Position numbers and translations under genes: made by a program. From Girardia tigrina (Eukaryota), in the NCBI GenBank assembly GCA_001938485.1, contig MQRK01239951.1, positions 41,287-92,693 on the forward strand: a DNA stretch of 51,407 nt, in the 5' to 3' direction. The notes below the pieces were generated by a model that made no database searches, was not told where the DNA came from, and was given only the letters and a program-made list of their open reading frames with translations. Of the stretch, positions 48,930 through 51,407 are shown one piece after another. How positions within the stretch are numbered: position 1 is the stretch's first letter; every line of letters begins with the position of its first letter.

Positions 48930-51407
48930 AACTTAAACAGGAGAAGAAACCAACAAAGATCAACGAATAACAATTACCAAGGAGTGGGTTGCAATCAACG
49001 ACAATATAGAGATAGAGAAGACAGGAGAAGAGGAGACAATAGATGATCAGTAGCGAACATTGAAGAAGAATATGAAGAATCGGTAATAGAGGAAGATTAC
49101 CCAAAAGACAGAGCCTCGACAGAAGTGGAGCCAGTCGGGGCAATAAACTAAAAAATATAAAGGACTCCCAAAATATCGGTATTTATAGTAAAAGTAGTAT
49201 AACAGATATTATAGATGTAATGAGCGACAAATCAGAAAATATTAAAGCGGTAGAATTGAACGTAAATGATAAAATTCGGAAGTTTATAAAAAAAGATATA
49301 TACGGAGATAATTGTGGAAAATGTTTAGTTGAACCAGTAGAGGACAGAAATACTAACGAAGAAACCAAAATTTTAACCATAGAAGAATGGAAAGCTAAAA
49401 AATCGTATACAACAAAATGCAAGGTCGACCAAGTGTAAAAGTAAAAATACAACATATCAAGGAGGACTGTTTATTAGACACTGGAGCTAGAGTGAACGTC
49501 ATGATCAAGACGATTTTTGACAAACTAAAGGATGTGGAATTGGAAGCAGCAGATATTAAATTACACTGTGCTAATAATAGTCCACTAGAATGTATTGGTA
49601 AGATATCAGTGAATGTATATATCAAANNNNNNNAGAGAAATATAACGTTCATAGTGGTAACTGACATTAAACCAGACATAATAGGCAGAATAAATTTTCA
49701 GAGTGAGTTCGGAATTGAGTTATGTTGGAAAAAGGAAAACGATGAAATACCCGATCAAAATTTTCTGGTATGTAATTTAGAAGCAAGATTCGGTCGGAAA
49801 GTGACAGACGAGGAACGATTTCAGAAAGCCAAAAATACGATGCATATCGCTGATAAACCAAAGATAATCAATATCGTAGAGAGGCNNNNNNNNNNNNNNN
49901 NNNNNNNNNNNNNNNNNNNNNNNNNNNNNNNNNNNNNNNNNNNNNNNNNNNNNNNNNNNNNNNNNNNNNNNNNNNNNNNNNNNNNNNNNNNNNNNNNNNN
50001 NNNNNNNNNNNNNNNNNNNNNNNNNNNNNNNNNNNNNNNNNNNNNNNNNNNNNNNNNNNNNNNNNNNNNNNNNNNNNNNNNNNNNNNNNNNNNNNNNNNN
50101 NNNNNNNNNNNNNNNNNNNNNNNNNNNNNNNNNNNNNNNNNNNNNNNNNNNNNNNNNNNNNNNNNNNNNNNNNNNNNNNNNNNNNNNNNNNNNNNNNNNN
50201 NNNNNNNNNNNNNNNNNNNNNNNNNNNNNNNNNNNNNNNNNNNNNNNNNNNNNNNNNNNNNNNNNNNTATTGGGGGATATAGAACAGACAGTAGTTTATT
50301 TGGACGATATCCTAATCTTCTCAAAATCATTAGAAAAGCATTACGAGATTTTAGACAGAGTATTGGATAGAATTGAAAAGGCAGGTTTAAGAATTAATCC
50401 AGAGAAATGTCATATTTTAAAAACAGAAGTCAAATTCCTGGGGCATGTAATCAACGAAAAAGGGATTCAAACAGATCCGTCCAAATAGAAAGCTATTAAA
50501 TCGTTTGAAAAACCGAAATGTATAAAGAATTTAAGAAGTTTCCTAGGGATCTGCAACTATTATAGAAGATTCATCAAAGATTATGCAACGAAAGCAAAGA
50601 CATTAGAGCAATTGTGTGGATTGGACAAGAAGAAATTATTGTGGACAGAGGCGTGTGATATAGCATTTGCTGAGATGAAGGAAGCCTTGACTACACCCCC
50701 AATTCTTGGATTTCCAGACGTGGAGAAGGAATTTATTCTAGATACGGACGCTAGTTTTGATACCATTGGCGCGGTACTGTCACAGAAGGACAGAAAGGGT
50801 CACGAGAGAGTCATTGCATATGGGTCACACTCAATGAGTAATCATGAGAAAGGTTACTGCATAACAAGAAAGGAGTTATTACCAATGTATTACTTTTGTC
50901 AACATTTTAACCACTATTTGTACGGAAAGAGATTCATTCTGCGGACAGATCACAAGGCAATTACATTCATGCTGAAGACAAAGAAACCAATTACAGCGCA
51001 ATTTCAGACGTGGATAAACTNNNNNNNNAGTCTGGATATACAATTAGAATACCGAAAAGGAGTGAACCATTCTAACGCAGATATGTTATCGCGGAACAAG
51101 TGTGATACATGCACACAATGTTTAATGGCACACGAAGAGGCAAAGACGCAGAAGTTCAAGACACGAAGGATAAACGTATTAGGTATCACAGATATATTTA
51201 AATATCAAGGAGTCATGGAAACAATAAAGATGAACATAAAGGCAGGTAAAAATAAAAACCTTGTGATTATAGATGGTATAATAAAGATAAACAAAGGAAA
51301 AGTTTGGATACCGGAATCAAACAGAGAAGAAATGATTATGCAGATACACACGTTGCTTTCTCATGCGGGTGCGGAAAAAGTCACAAAATATATTGCAGAA
51401 AAGTATG
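48930..51407 (+). mobile_element. Ty3/Gypsy gag end plus pol (protease, RT, RNase H, start of integrase), running off the window
   Basis: LLDTGARVNV, VVYLDDILIF, LRINPEKC, FILDTDASFDTIGAVLSQ, FILRTDHKA, NADMLSR, H..LSHAG; gapped, few stops; left end approximate. Confidence 0.93.

Overview
AT-rich eukaryotic (metazoan) genomic DNA with assembly gaps. The composition, 44-nt mini-introns and transposon (TE) repertoire are consistent with a planarian-type genome, but this is inference. The backbone is the middle of one + strand gene for a TAO-family (STE20/GCK-VIII) Ser/Thr kinase. I can splice seven phase-compatible GT-AG exons (6066-6368, 12949-13286, 13331-13480, 23484-23628, 35311-35579, 47239-47565, 47610-47867); its start and stop lie outside the window. 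Introns are bimodal (44 nt versus 6.6-11.7 kb). The large ones are packed with nested, mostly decayed TEs: Ty3/Gypsy pol (three pieces of one family), AT-rich solo LTRs, Penelope-like elements, Tigger/pogo, Tc1/IS630, mariner, Mutator, Chapaev-like, piggyBac-type MITEs and hAT elements. Highlights are (1) a Penelope insertion with 183-bp inverted pseudo-LTRs, each carrying a minimal hammerhead ribozyme, with the intact copy sense to the kinase pre-mRNA; (2) a hAT transposon bounded by TIRs and a TSD whose transposase N-terminus closely resembles vertebrate CGGBP1; (3) an unexplained GC/CpG-rich island. I find no convincing wholly new multi-gene system; the ribozyme-in-intron arrangement is the best candidate for unexplored biology. 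All homology calls are by eye from remembered motifs, not from database searches.
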